NCBI GenBank assembly: GCA_976551045.1
Contig: CDPCPM010000208.1
Span: 682,001 to 746,000, forward strand
DNA: 64,000 nucleotides
Direction: 5' to 3'
From: Glaucostegus cemiculus
Taxonomy: Eukaryota
Shown here: piece by piece, positions 26,411 through 39,104 of the stretch
How the letters are laid out: each line of letters starts with the position of its first letter
Numbering within the stretch: position 1 is the stretch's first letter
The notes under the pieces: model-generated
Database searches by the model: none
The model's input: the letters and a program-made list of their open reading frames with translations, nothing else
Told to the model about the DNA's origin: nothing
Program-made: the position numbers and the translations under genes

Positions 26411-26882
26411 GTATCCTTTCAAACCCTAATCTGGGAATCAGAGAATGCACTTATGAAGGGCGACAAAACTTATTCTATGTTCCTGAATTAACGAGGAATG
26501 TCTCCAGGTGTCCCAGTGTTGTCACAAGCCATCAGTGAGCACTGATAACCCCAGGTCATCAACTCACTGGTGCCAGGGCTCCGAAGGAAAATAGTGAATT
26601 AAAAAACCACTACTGCTTGAGCATCGCTACCTGAGCTTCCGCTGTGTAAACTAAAGAACACATGAGCTCTGATTCCAACTCTTGCTTAAATCTGTACCTT
26701 CAAATTTGTGGCTAAACTAAATGGATTTCTTCCCCATTGCGAGTATGTTCTCTCAACCCAGAGGCATACAGCATGGGAACAGGGTAACCATAATGGAAAG
26801 TGTAAGTTCTGCAGTGTAGCAGGATACGGCTTTGTTAGCAGCCAGTATTTTAACAATCTTACTTGTATAAGTAAGATTACTT

Positions 26883-27125
26883 GGGCGGCACGATAGCGTA
26901 GCGGTTAGCGCGACGCTGTTACAGCGCCAGCGATCGGGATTCAATTCCCGTTGCTGACTGTAAGGAGTTTGTATGTTCTCCCGTGTCTGCGTGGGTTTCC
27001 TCCGGGTGCTCCGGTTTCCTCCCACATTCTAAAGACGTATGGGTAGGGGTTTACAATGGGCGGCATGGACTTGTTGGGCCGAAAGGGCCTGTTACCATGC
27101 TGTAAATAAAATTTAAATAAATGAA
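26883..27125 (+). mobile_element. V-SINE subfamily A inside the U12 intron
   Basis: Full tRNA head, V core and CR1-type tail with AATAAA. Confidence 0.9.
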
Positions 27126-28598
27126 AACCAGTTATGAATATAATTGTTCTACATTGAGATATAATTCCAGTCAGTGCTAGGATTGCAGAGCCCTGGCTGA
27201 GCATGCGCCTGGCGCAACGCCAGGTGTACACGGACTTTGTGTTTCCCTTGCTTACACGCGGGAGAAGTACTTTTTATTCCACCAGTTACTTCGGACACCT
27301 GGTGCTCATCAGATAATCAGCTCAACTCCTTGTGCATATGCTCTGTGATCTGTGGGTGTTCTGCACTGATCCAGAAACAATATGCTCACTGTACCAAATT
27401 AAGGGAGTCCGGGAGCATCTCTGCAACGTAACTCCCACAAACTGAGTTGATTGCCTGGGCTTTCAGTTCCGCGCGGTTAACATTGGGCTCAAGTCCCAAA
27501 GGTGTTTGGTCGTTGAGCAGAACACTGCCATTAACGGGTCTTGACCTGAGCACAGTGTCATAAAGTATTTCTGGCCTAATTAGGATTAGGTTTTCCAGCT
27601 TGTTCAGAAGTAGATTTTAACACAAAATCACCTATTAATTCATGTATTTAATTTTTTATTCATTTACACCAGCAAACAATATCTAGGATTCCCTGAGGGG
27701 AGAAGACTTGACTTGGCAGCTCTGTTGCTCTGAGTATGAACTTTTCTCCCTCATCTCCTTACTGCGGGTAAAATCCCGATGAGAGGAAGTGATTTGCACT
27801 GTACGCTTTGTAAAGGGCAGTAAGCTGCGATTATCAGGCTCATGTGCCTGTCTGCTGACCGAGGATTTTGTCCTAACCATCTGAGCCGGCAAGGAGCTGA
27901 ACTCTGCGGAACGGCACTTCCAGGACGTGGCCCTTGTTCTGTTCAACAGTCTCAGCTGGGATGGCTGTGGAGTCTTAGAATTGGTTTTAACCCTTCCACC
28001 TCCACCCCCTGTCCAGATTGGGAGGAAAACAATATGCCGGGATTCCCCCTCCCCTTTGATAGTGGGGAAGGTCCATGTTAGGAGATTGGGTGGGATTGGG
28101 ATTGGGATTGACCCATGCTGTCAAATTTGCTTACTTATGGAGGTACCATATGGCGCTCAGATAGATTCACCCTCACTGGTGTCAAACACGGTTGGGCGGT
28201 ACTAGTGTACAGAAGTGGGCTGCAACCACAGGCTGTAGTGCCCACTGTGGAACACTACAGTGACAGACGCACCCTTCAGGAGCCTCAGCTTGTCAGGAGC
28301 CCTTCTGCACTGTGTCTGCGGGGAGATGTCTACAAAGCTTTCGTACTTACAGTGACGTGAGTGCTGTTGGGGGTGTTGTAAGCTGGGTGTTGTGCAGTGG
28401 TGCGGAGGTTGTGGGGGTGGGAGTTCAGTCCAAGAGATACAAAGGGTCACCTGTTGTTTTATCCACCAAGTTGGTCTTTGGGAATGGCACATACAGCGTT
28501 ATGACACAGAGTTACAAAATTCTCAGAGGGCTCAAGGCGTTGGATGGATGGTGGATTTTCCCCTGGCCAAGCTGACAGGAACAAAGGTCACAGTCTCA

Positions 28599-29032
28599 TT
28601 GAATTTTCCCACTTTAAGTAATCCCACCCCTTCCCCACAACCACCCCCCCCCCCACACACACACCCACCATGCTTCTTCTTGTCTTCCCTTTCCTAGCTC
28701 TTGTTTTCTACCCTTTCCTTTACCCCTTACCTTTGACCCATCCCCCGGTGAATCTCCCTCCTCCCCGCACCTGTCTATCACTATCTCTTACCTGCATCTA
28801 CCTATCACCACCCTGTGCCCACCCCACCTCCCCTCTTTTGTCCACCTATCACTGCTCTGCTTTTCCCTCCTATATATTGGGCTTCTCCGTTTCTTATCTT
28901 CAGTCCTGAAGAAGGGGCCTGACCCCAAATGTTGACCGGCTGCTTTTCTCCATGGATGCTGCCTGGCCTGCTGAGTTCCTCCAGCATCATCGTGTTTTTC
29001 ATCTAGATTCCAGCATCTGCAGTCCTTTGCTC
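28599..29032 (+). mobile_element. 5'-truncated Penelope-like element (ORF end plus terminal repeat) with 11-bp target-site duplication
   Basis: Starts IEFSHFK*, pyrimidine-rich tract, hammerhead-like core at 28901-28938; flanked by TCACAGTCTCA at 28588-28598 and 29033-29043 inside a CR1-like fragment. Confidence 0.8.
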
Positions 29033-32000
29033 TCACAGTCTCAAAGTAACAGGTAGGCCAATTAGAGAAGAAAACCTTCACTCAGAGGAAGGTGAATCTT
29101 TGGAGCTCTATAACCCTGAAGGAGGCAAAATCATTGCCTGAGATCAAAACAGAGAGCAATAGCCTTCTGGATAGTAAAGGAATTGTTTCTGGATAAGGAA
29201 GGAGAAAGGTGTTTGAGTTAGAAGGTCAGCCATGCTCCTGTTGAATAGCAGAGCAGGCTCAAGGGCTGAATGGCCTCCTACTGTTCTTATCCACAAAGCT
29301 GATAGCTGGCTAGTTTTGAGAGTGTAGACCAAGGATTGTGCAGTGGGGTAGCAAGTCAGAGTACTGAAGGAGATGCCACAGTGTAGGCTACAGTGGATGC
29401 AAGGTCACAGCACCGAATTAAGTTAGAGATTTTCTGGTTTGTGTATAAGCATGAATTTGCAGGCTAGATTTCAGCCCCTTTCTGTGTGTTCACTTTTCTG
29501 ATTTTTTTGCAGTGTAAATGTAAATTCAAGATATGTACAGGGGTCTTCACTGACGACCAGTGATAGGCAGCAGCCTCACAGCTGACAGCATGGGCAGGTG
29601 GAGCTGGTGGAATCCGAGGGGTGGGGGGGTCCATTTTAAAACTGTTCACATTCTGTGAAATCTTTAGGTCTGTGAAGTCCTTAGACCGATTAGAAAAAAG
29701 CTTTTTATACTTTGTTGAATTGGTGTGTTTTAAGCTACTTTCTGAATCGGCCTAAAGACTTTAATTCTTTCAGAGAGCCAAAGATTAAGAGGCATTAACC
29801 TTTTGCTGAGTTGACATAACAGAGTGTGGCCGTGGCCTGTTGAACACCTGGCAGACAGGATGCAAAAGCAGGGGCATGCAAATGTTGTCAGGGTGTGTCG
29901 CTGTTACAGGAGGTACGGCAGTGCAGCTGAATGGGAGCATTATGTGTGGGGTAGCTGAACTTTCACTGCCAAACTCAACACAGTTATTCATAAAATCATC
30001 TTTAATATTTGCATCTAAACAAATTCTAAATAACTTTCTGCAAATCTCGGTGTTCCAACCACGATATTATTCGGTAGATTGCATCACTTCCTGTTCTTTG
30101 GAAGCCGTTTCACTCTCTGGCTTTTCCCTAGTTTCCTCCCCACTCCCCCCCCCACCCCCACCCCCCAGCTCTCTGCTCAAGGATTGACCAGTCTCACCAG
30201 CTGCAGTCCCCGCGGGGCCCACCTGTCCCTCCTGTGTTTGTGTGGACCCAGACTCTTCACCGTTGTGGGTCTGGTCCGAGCCCTGGCCCCGTGTGTGTGG
30301 ATTTCAAATGAAGACCGAGAGCAGGAATCTTCTTTAATCTTCTCTCACCCAAGGCCAACCTTCAATGGTGAGCAGGGATTAAGCCTGGGACTGTCTTGTC
30401 TTTGTGCCTCAACACCATGGTTTTACATACCAAGTCACACAAGGCAGTCTCCTTTAGTCTTCAGACTATTTCCTTTTGCTTCTATGAACGGCTGTCTTTG
30501 CCTCTGTCTGCTAGTGAAGTATTAACTATGGATATACAAATTAGGCCACTCGGCCCCTCAAGCCTACCCCACCATTCCATGTCGCTCCCCTATCCCCAGT
30601 AACATTTCACACATCTCCTAATCAAGAATCTATCTGCTTCTGTCTTAAAAATATCTGTGACCCTGCTTCCAGTGTACTTTGGGGAAGAGAGTTCTAAAGT
30701 CTCACTGACACCCGACCCTGAGGTCAGTGGGGGACAGGACCAGTATACCCCTGTAGACCACTGCTGGTGGTCTGCACAGAATACCTGGGGAGCCGTCACC
30801 TGGCTTCCCTGCTGATTGGGGATTGGTTCATTTATTCATCATCCAATATCAATTTAAAGAGAGCCGATACTGATCATTATCACATTGCTGTTTAAAGCAG
30901 CTCACTGCGCACTGATGAACCACTGCCTTATACCAGTGACTGCAATTTCAAGGAGTATGTATATGGCAGTTAAACACCTTGGGTTATTCTGAAAGGGAAG
31001 TGGAAGGTTCCTATGAATCCAAGTCTTTATTGGCTGGAGTCAAAAGAAATCAGAGAGCAGTGATGACTCTGTGTCCTCCCTCCTGTTGAGAGCCATTTTG
31101 CAAAAGCAAGACTGTTGGATGAAAGTGTACATCGGAATAATTCCTTCAGTTTCGCAGGGCAGCTCCTGAGAATTCAGTCAAAGACAGAGTGATACAAAAT
31201 GATCTATAAATTCCTGTCTCCCCATTGATTAAAGATTTAACTGGAGGCTTTTTCTTCTAATTTGAGCCAAGTGCTGTTCACTCTGGTTCATGGAACAAGG
31301 CTGCAATCATTTACAGAGGGATTGGACTTTGGAATGTAGTTTTTTTTAAATGAAACTGATATTGCATTGAGTTATTTTGCAGACTAGGTTTGTTACAATT
31401 TATAAAGAGAAAGAAAGGTTGTTTGCTCTAAATTGGCAGTGCTGTAATTTCAGAGGTAAAGTTCCTGGCGAGCAGGGTGGTTACATTGGAACAGAACCCA
31501 CCCCAGCCTCTGTTATTTCACTATTTTAAAAAACAAGAGTCACTCCTCCATGTGTTCCTTAATATCACAGTGAAATTTTGCTCCAAATATTGTTTCCGTA
31601 ATTGCTAAGAGCAGGTAAACGGTGATGACTTTGAAAGGCTTTAGCAAGTGACACTGAAATTGTTTCGTGTTTGCGTTCCTGAGCAGACTGGTGCCTGCTG
31701 GAGACTGTTTGGTTATTTAGTGTATATGATGTAATCATGATTAACTCTTTGTCGTGCTCAGTTAATACTCTTGTGTAGACTTTAAATTCACACTCTTGTC
31801 CAGGAATTAGCTTGCAGAGCTGATTTTTTTTCCCCAGAACAGATTGTGTCTCTGGCTGTCTCTGACTCACGGTGCACCAATTGGGAAATTTAACCAGGCA
31901 CTTCCTGGTATCATCCTTGAACCCAGGACTGCTTGGGAGACATCATTTCCTGCAGTGTTCACTTAGGAGCCTGGAACTTGGACCGTGTTATCTGTGGTGC

Positions 32001-32562
32001 CTGTCATTGGCCACTCTTGGGTTGACACAGGGGCACCTGCACATTAAATGAATCCCTTGCCTCATCGGGATCTGCATTACAATGATAGTCTTACAAACCC
32101 CCCCCACCCCCCACAACATCATGTGCTGCTGGCCAATCCACGAGGTAGATTCCTCCCCCCACTCTCCCACCCCCAATGTTATTATTACTCCTCCCCCAAA
32201 CACTATTAGTCTGTATCTCACCTGATCCCCAGGCACCACCTGGACAGTCCTTTCCCACTTCACTTTCACCCACCACCCCACTCTCAAACGAACACACACC
32301 CCCCCCTCCCTCTCACCAGCTGGAGGGGAGGGGCTGCCGAGCCTCGCCCTGAGCTTGCCCCTGGAAGGAGGGGGCTGAGCAATGGCTACAGAAGTGTACA
32401 ACAGCTGGCCAGTTCTGACAGAGGCCTGGGCCATACAGCTGAGTTGCGGAGGCTTTAGAGAGGGGCCTGCACAGGTTCAGAAGGACCTTACCCCATGGGG
32501 AGAAGTGGGCCGGATGGTCTCCTTCAGTTGCTCAGATTTCCATGATTTCAGTGTATGATGGT

Positions 32563-32762
32563 GCAGAAAATGCTGGAAACACTCAGCAGGTCAGGCAGCA
32601 TCTGTGGAGAGAGAAACAGGGTTAATGTTTCAGGTTAAAGACCCTGCATCAGAATTTCAACCTGAAATATTAATAATATTTCTCTTTCCGCAACCTGACT
32701 GCAGTGTTTCCGGAATTTTCTGTTTCTGTTTCAGATTTCCAGCATCTGCAGTTCTTTTGATT
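32563..32762. mobile_element. Fold-back element built from inverted Penelope terminal-repeat segments
   Basis: cagaaaatgctggaaacactcagcaggtcagg...cagtgtttccggaattttctg inverted arms; hammerhead-like core on - strand at 32621-32654. Confidence 0.65.
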
Positions 32763-33104
32763 TTCTTGTGATGATGCACAAATGTGAAAAATAAAAGCTT
32801 GGAAAATTTGGGTCAATTTTTGATTCAAATGTAAGGTAAATAGGGGGCTATATGGAAGGGAAGGGTTAGATTGATCTTAGAGCAGGATAAAATGTCAGCA
32901 CAACATTGTGGGCCGAAGGGCCTGTACGGTGCTGTAGTGTTCTATATTCAATGTAAGGTAACAGGGTGATGTCTGAAAGATGTGTTTCTAAATTTTGTGG
33001 AATGAGATTGGGAAGTCAGAAATAGACCGTATCCATTGGTTGAAGATCAGAAGATCCAGCAGGATGATTAGATGAGCAGGTTGGAGAAAGAGCTGAGGTT
33101 GTTG

Positions 33105-33323
33105 GAGACACAAGAGACTGCAGATGCTGGGACCCGGAACGGAAAGCAAACTGCTGGAGGAACTCAGTGGATCAAGCAGCGTCAGTGGAGGCAGAGGTGT
33201 CGTCCACGTTTCTGGTCAGTCGTGCTGCAGGGTCTCAATCCCTAATTGTCGACCATCCCTCTGCCTCCACAGGTGCTGCCTGGTCTGCTGAGTTCCTCCA
33301 GCGGTTTGTTTTTCTGCTCCAGC
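33105..33323. mobile_element. Fold-back element built from inverted Penelope terminal-repeat segments
   Basis: gctggaggaactcag...gtggaggcagagg pairs with cctctgcctccac...ctgagttcctccagc. Confidence 0.7.
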
Positions 33324-34032
33324 TGAGTGTGTGGCTTCCAGGTTCATGTTTGAGGTAGAAGCTATCAACATGGGGCGTGAAATTGGTAAAGAAAGGAGTT
33401 GAAGGGGCATGAAAATAGGATGGGAGGTACCTACTGTTGGGCCATCTGGTCTACTTTCTGTTGCTGATGTCATCCTTTTTGGGATAAAGTTGTTGGGAAT
33501 GTTGTGAGGGCTTGAATCCCTTCAATTAAAGCATTTGTTTTTCTGTGTGAGAGAAATGCTACTGCGGTCATTGAATGGAGTAGGCTGTATGTATTAAGAT
33601 ATCATTCTGATTATAAATAGCTTTTGAAAGTCATGTTAATTCTAAAATTGGATGACAGCTCATTAATGCATTCCCTGGAGAATCTTTTCTTATATATCCT
33701 CTCTGTTTGGTTTGATTGTTGATCATAATATCAGGAAGTGTTTACATTTTCTTTTATGTGGTGGGACATCATGTGAATGGAACAGTTAACCAGCCAATAA
33801 ACAGTGCAGCTCCTGCCTTTCACTTGCTTTACAGCTCCACATTGGCCTTGTGAAGATGGAAAACCTGCCAGTGTTCACCATTATTACACAGCCAAACTGA
33901 CAGCTGCCCATACATCTGAACTGAGTTTCAAATGTTTATAAACTATTTCACTCATTTTTAATCTTCACTAGTTTTTAATGTCATCAGTGCTGCTTAACAA
34001 ACTTTCTGGCCCTGAAAATCCAGTTTTAAGTT

Positions 34033-34195
34033 CAGTAAAACTCCAATATTTATTTATCTGTACACATTGGTTCAGAAATCCAGTGGTTCAGCATCTGGCT
34101 TACCAGGTGCTGTTTGCTGTGATCTGTTTAAGCTCATACCTGCCGGTCTGGCAACACCAAAATCCCAAGGGTGTCAGATTATCAAAGTTTTACAG
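34033..34195. mobile_element. Possible Tigger/mariner-like MITE
   Basis: CAGTAAAACTCC at left and AAAGTTTTACAG|TA at right form short imperfect TIRs. Confidence 0.4.
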
Positions 34196-34324
34196 TAATT
34201 CCCTTAAAAAGTATGTCAATGGATTTTAATGTTCTTTGTTATAAGATATATTTATTATATTTTGTTGCCTAGATTATGTGCTCCAGTTATTGTTTTTTTA
34301 TTCTGTACATGGTTTGAAATGTTT

Positions 34325-34970
34325 CCATAGAACCATAGAACAGTACAGCACAATACGGGCCCTTCAGCCCACCATGTTGTGCCAACCTTTAAACCACTCC
34401 TAAGACTATCTAACCCCTTCCTCCCACATATATGTCTATTTTAAATTCCTCCATATGCTTATCTAACAGTCTCTTGAACTTGACCAATGTACCTGCCTCC
34501 ATCACTACCCCAGGCAGTGCATTCCATGCCCCAACCACTCTCTGGGTAAAAAACCTCCCTCTGGTATCTCGCTTGAACTTCCCACCCATTACTTTAAAGC
34601 CATGCCCTTTTGTATTGAGCATTGGTGCCCTGGGAAAGAGGCGTTGGCTGTCTACTCTATCTATTCTTAATATTCTGTACACCTCTATCATGTCTCCCCT
34701 CATCCTCCTTCTCTCCAATGAGTAAAGCCCTAGCTCCCTTAGTCTCTCCTCATAATGCATACTCTCCAATCCAGGCAGCGTCCTGGTAAATCTCCTCTGC
34801 ACCCTTTCCAACACTTCCACATCCTTCCTATAATGAGGCGACCAGAACTGGACACAGTACTCCAAGTGTGGTCTAACCAGAGTTTTGTAGAACTGCATCA
34901 TTACCTCATGGCTCCTAAACTCGATCCCAAGACTTCTGAAAGCTAATATCCCATGAGCTTTCTTAACTAC
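34325..34970 (-). mobile_element. Relatively young CR1 (HER1-like) LINE 3' fragment
   Basis: Open ORF 34410-34901 (YKTLVRPHLEYCVQFWSP...FFTQRVVGAWNALP), gggctgaagggcc tail and (ttctatgg)n terminal repeat. Confidence 0.92.
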
Positions 34971-35394
34971 CCCGTTCTTTTAAAAAAGGTGGCTTTTCCT
35001 TCCTGATTTGCCTTTGTGGGATTCTCCAATGACGTTTGCTGCTCTCATTTCCAGGAGGTCGGGAGCCCCTTTGAACTGAAGTCTGACCACAACTGACATT
35101 GAAATGGTCAAAAGCCCTGCTGTAGAGATCACAGGGTTTTATGTGGCAGCAGTCTTTAAGCTTGTTGGAAATGTTATGGCTCCACAATAAACATAATAAA
35201 ATGTTCTGCATCTTGTCAAATGAGCTCCTGAAGTGGATCCTCCTTAAAGTCGTTACCATGCACCAGTTCTCGAGGATCCCTAGCAACCAGATGCCATGAT
35301 ATCATGGAACTGGTTGAGCAGCCAATCACAATGAAGAGTTCTCACTAACAGCAAACCAGATGGGAGAAATCACAGATTTTTAATTGTGTTACAG

Positions 35395-35725
35395 AATAAA
35401 TAAAGTCATGAGGGGCACAGACAAGGTGAAAGCACGCAGTCTTTTTCCCAGGGAAGGGGAACTAAAAACTAGAGGGCATAGGTTTAAGGTGAGAGGGGAA
35501 AGATTGAAAAGGGAGCTGAGGAGCATTTTCTTCACACAGAGGGTGATGCATTACATGGAATGAGCTGCCAGAGAAAGTAGTTGAGGCAGGTACAAAGCAC
35601 GCGGATAGGACAGGTTTAGAGATTTAGGGGCCAAAGGCAGGCAAATGGGGCTAGCTTAGGTGGGCACGGATGGATGAGTTGGGCTGAAGGGCCTGTTTCC
35701 ATGCTGTGTTACTCTATGACTCAAG
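35395..35725 (+). mobile_element. CR1 LINE 3' fragment
   Basis: LFPR...TRGHRFKVRG...FFTQRV and gggctgaagggcctgtttcc tail. Confidence 0.8.
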
Positions 35726-35807
35726 AATGTAAAAAGTGAAGTATCTCTTGTTTGGAAAAGTATATGATTTTAAAATCCATTTATAATTTGAAATGGGGAG
35801 TTTCAAA

Positions 35808-36438
35808 ACCATAGAACCATAGAACAATACAGCACAAAACAGGCCCTTCGGCCCACCATATTGTGCCGTCCTTCAAACGTCACAATCTAAATCTTTCCTC
35901 CCGCATATCCCTCTATTCCACATTCCTCCATGTGCCTATCTAACAATCTCTTGAACCTGTCCAATGTATCTGCCTCTACCACCACCCCAGGCAGCGCATT
36001 CCATGCACCAACCACTCTCTGGGTGAAAAAGTTCCCTCTGACATCTCCCCTGAACTTTCTACCCAATACCTTAAAGCCGTGCCCTCTCCTCTTGAGCATC
36101 TGTGCTCTGGGAAAGAGGAGCTGGCTGTCAACTCTATCTGTTCCTCTCAATATCTTATGCACCTCTATCAAGTCCCCTCTCATCCTCCTCTCCAACGAGT
36201 AAAGCCCTAGCACCTTAAGCCTCTCCTCATATTCCATACCCTCTAATCCAGGCATCATCCTGGTAAATCGCCTCTGTACCCTCTCCAATGCCTCCACATC
36301 CTTCCTATAATGCGGCGACCAGAACTGAACACAATATTCTAAGTGCGGCCTAACTAGAGTTTTGTAAAGCAGCATCATCACCTCTCGGCTCTTGATCTCA
36401 GTCCCACGATTTATAAAAGCTAACATCCCAAGTTGCAT
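35808..36438 (-). mobile_element. Relatively young CR1 LINE 3' fragment
   Basis: Open ORF 35887-36438 with YKTLVRPHLEYCVQFWSP; (ttctatgg)n tail; same subfamily as 63678-64000. Confidence 0.92.
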
Positions 36439-36916
36439 ACAAAGGAAAAGTTCTTAATCTTCCAAAGTGAATTCTGGTTTCTAACATATCTGTACTGGAA
36501 TTTTCTTTCTGAAATGTAAGTACATCCTCCCCTTCCTTGTCCCTTTGACAGATTCCTTGTCTGAGGACCTAAACTCTGTCGATGTGAAAAAGGCCTCCAT
36601 TAAAAGCATTTTATGCAAGAAGCGAAGAAGCATTAACTTAGGGACCGAATTCAGATTGCAAAGAAACATGTAATTTCCTGAATTTATTTTCCCTTATAGT
36701 TCAGCATCTTAAACGTACAGAAGGTATTATTGTTGTCTCAATGTTGATCTACGCATCTGTTATAAAACACCTGGTTATCCAAGGTCATTCTCAAGCTTTC
36801 TTTAATCAGCCTCGGATTTGTGACTGTGTTTGGAATTGTGCAGGGAAGCTCTTTCCATGTTGATCTTAATACCTTGTTCAACATTAGTAAGTGGAACCTT
36901 AACCAGGTTTGTGCAG

Positions 36917-37006
36917 ACATACATCGGGCCCGTGCTTATCTCTGTAAACCCATTCAAACAAATGCCGTACTTTGGAGAAAAAGAAATTGAAATGTACCAA
37001 GGAGCA
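36917..37006 (+). CDS. MYO1E: Myosin-Ie coding exon 3 ([30 protein letters not shown])
   Basis: gtgcAG acceptor, 90 nt, GTGAGT donor; myosin motor motif [14 protein letters not shown]; in frame with exon 2. Confidence 0.97.
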
Positions 37007-37764
37007 GTGAGTATACCACATTTGCTGATACCCTGTGTATGCTGAGGTAGATCTCACTATACGCTATGGATTGTGATACTGATCCACTCGTACCATGAGG
37101 ATCTCAAGGCCACAGTCAAATTGAGACTACCAGAGTATCTTGAAAGATAGCATTAGATAGGGAAACTGGTCACAGTCCCTGTCTTGAACACTCTTCAATG
37201 ACTGTGAAAGTGGATGCGTACCGGACCGGACTGGGGAGATTTCTGCGGTCGATAGCAAAATCCTTTGCATTTTTTTTACATGTTATTGTGGTTTGTTTGT
37301 AAACAGCAATGGGTTGTGAGGGTAGCGTCAGCCTCAATGTAGTGCCTTGCATGGCTGAATAGTTACTGAAGTTCCTCTCAGCCTCACACATGAACAATAG
37401 TCACTTCATTGAGGTGCCAGAACTAATCAAACTATATTCCTGTGCAAAGGGAGGAAAACAGGTTGGTAGGTGAATTTTTACCCCCACCATGTAGCTCAGC
37501 ATCTGACAACTTATATTGCAATAAGTTTGATAATGTAAATACAAGTTAGCAAAGAAAAGGCTGTCGAGAAGAAAAGGAATTGGGAAAATACTATCAAAAG
37601 AGCTGGTTCAAACACAAATAGGTTTAGGCACTTTTTAATGTTGATAAGAGTACCTTTTACTCTATTTTATTAAACTTATATAAAGTATAATAATCTGTTG
37701 CTTTTATTTTCCCAAAGTCAGAAATAAATATGCCATAGGGCCTTAATGCAGACTAAAATGATAA

Positions 37765-37935
37765 TCTGGAGCAAAAAGCAATCTGCTGGAAGAACTCAGT
37801 GGGTCAACCTGTGTCCTGATGCAGGGTTTTGACCTGAAACATCAACAGTTCCTTTCCTGCCACAGATGCTGCTCGACCCACTGAGTTCCTCCAGGACATT
37901 GTTTGTTGCTGCAGATTCTGGCATCTTGTGTCTCA
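37765..37935. mobile_element. Fold-back element from Penelope terminal repeats with central hammerhead-like core
   Basis: ctggaagaactcagtgggtc pairs with gacccactgagttcctccag; centre ctgatgc-agggtt-tt-gacct-gaaa-catc at 37816-37843. Confidence 0.7.
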
Positions 37936-38276
37936 AGATGTTAATCTGCCTGCATTTAAAAAATCCTTATGAAATTCCCTTCTCCAGCATTTCATGGGGA
38001 GCTTCGTAAGGAATTGCTTAACACGTTGCTAAATAGCAAAGTAGTTGTGTATTTCTGTTCTACAATACAGTTCCAAGGAACTGTGCTCCTGATCCATTAA
38101 GTTGTTCAAAGTAAAAATCAACTTTCTCCTTGATTTTTCTTTCCCGCAATCCCGACGGCACCTAATGTATTCTCCCCAAATTCATTTATTGGTCTCCCAG
38201 ATCCATGTGGATTATTTGAATTTGTGCCACATGTACCTCCATTCTTCCACTAATGTCTTGTTTCTTAACGATCCAG

Positions 38277-38371
38277 GCTCCGTATGAAAATCCGCCCCAT
38301 ATCTATGCCCTTGCTGATACTATGTTTCGGGACATGATTATCGATGGGGAAAATCAATGTGTCATTATCAG
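38277..38371 (+). CDS. MYO1E: Myosin-Ie coding exon 4 ([32 protein letters not shown])
   Basis: atccAG acceptor, 95 nt, AG|GTAATT donor (phase 2); PPHIYA and NQCVIIS motifs. Not represented in the ORF track. Confidence 0.96.
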
Positions 38372-39104
38372 GTAATTGAACGTACTTTTTCAAAACAGAT
38401 AAAATATAATGATGGAAATTCCTCCCTTCTCTTCCTTATTGTCATTTACAGATTGTGTTGCACAATTTATCCTCGAGAGGATTTTAAAGAATCATTTGTG
38501 GTTTACGCCTTTGTGTGACTCACTGTTGGCGTAATCCAGTCCTTGGCAACTGCAAGTGTTGCCTCAGAAAAGCATCGTTTGCTTCTGGTCGGGGATATTG
38601 CAGTAACATAATTGCTGTATTTTGAACTTGGGTCCATGAGTTTACACGTTACATAGAAAACCAGTAGCAATGAAGAATTGATTAAACTGCCTGTAACTTA
38701 CATTATTACCATCTTCCTTCTGTAATTTTCATTTTGTGGGATTTTGATTAGTATTGATACCCTGTTGCATCAGCAATTTGCATTGTATGGTGACACTCCT
38801 AATTCTTCATTAAGAAAGTTAGGGATAGGAGCAGGAGAGGGCATGTGTTCCCTTGAGCCTGCCCCGACATTCAGTCAGATCATGGCTGACGTGATCCCAC
38901 TTCCCTGCCAGGTCTCCGTATCCCTTGATTCCTCTGAAGTCTACAAGTTTGTATCTAGCGACTCTTCCTCCACTGCTCTCAGTGTGGAGAACTCCAAAAC
39001 CTCACAACCTGTTGAGAGAGAAGAAGCCGTCTACACATCAGGCTTTTTCCTGGCACAATGCTCTCCGGTTCTTGAGTCCCTCACCTATCATCTACCCTGT
39101 CAAG

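Larger units (their letters stand above)
26411..36916 (+). other. U12-type (minor spliceosome) GT-AG intron, MYO1E intron 2, 10,506 nt
   Basis: 5' end GTATCCTTTC fits the U12 consensus RTATCCTTT. Branch-site CCTTAAC at 36897-36903 lies about 14 nt before the AG, with no polypyrimidine tract. Confidence 0.93.

Noticed and set aside
34410-36438. 163-aa and 183-aa ORFs on the - strand as nested genes
   Set aside because: They are C-terminal pieces of CR1 ORF2 from 5'-truncated insertions.
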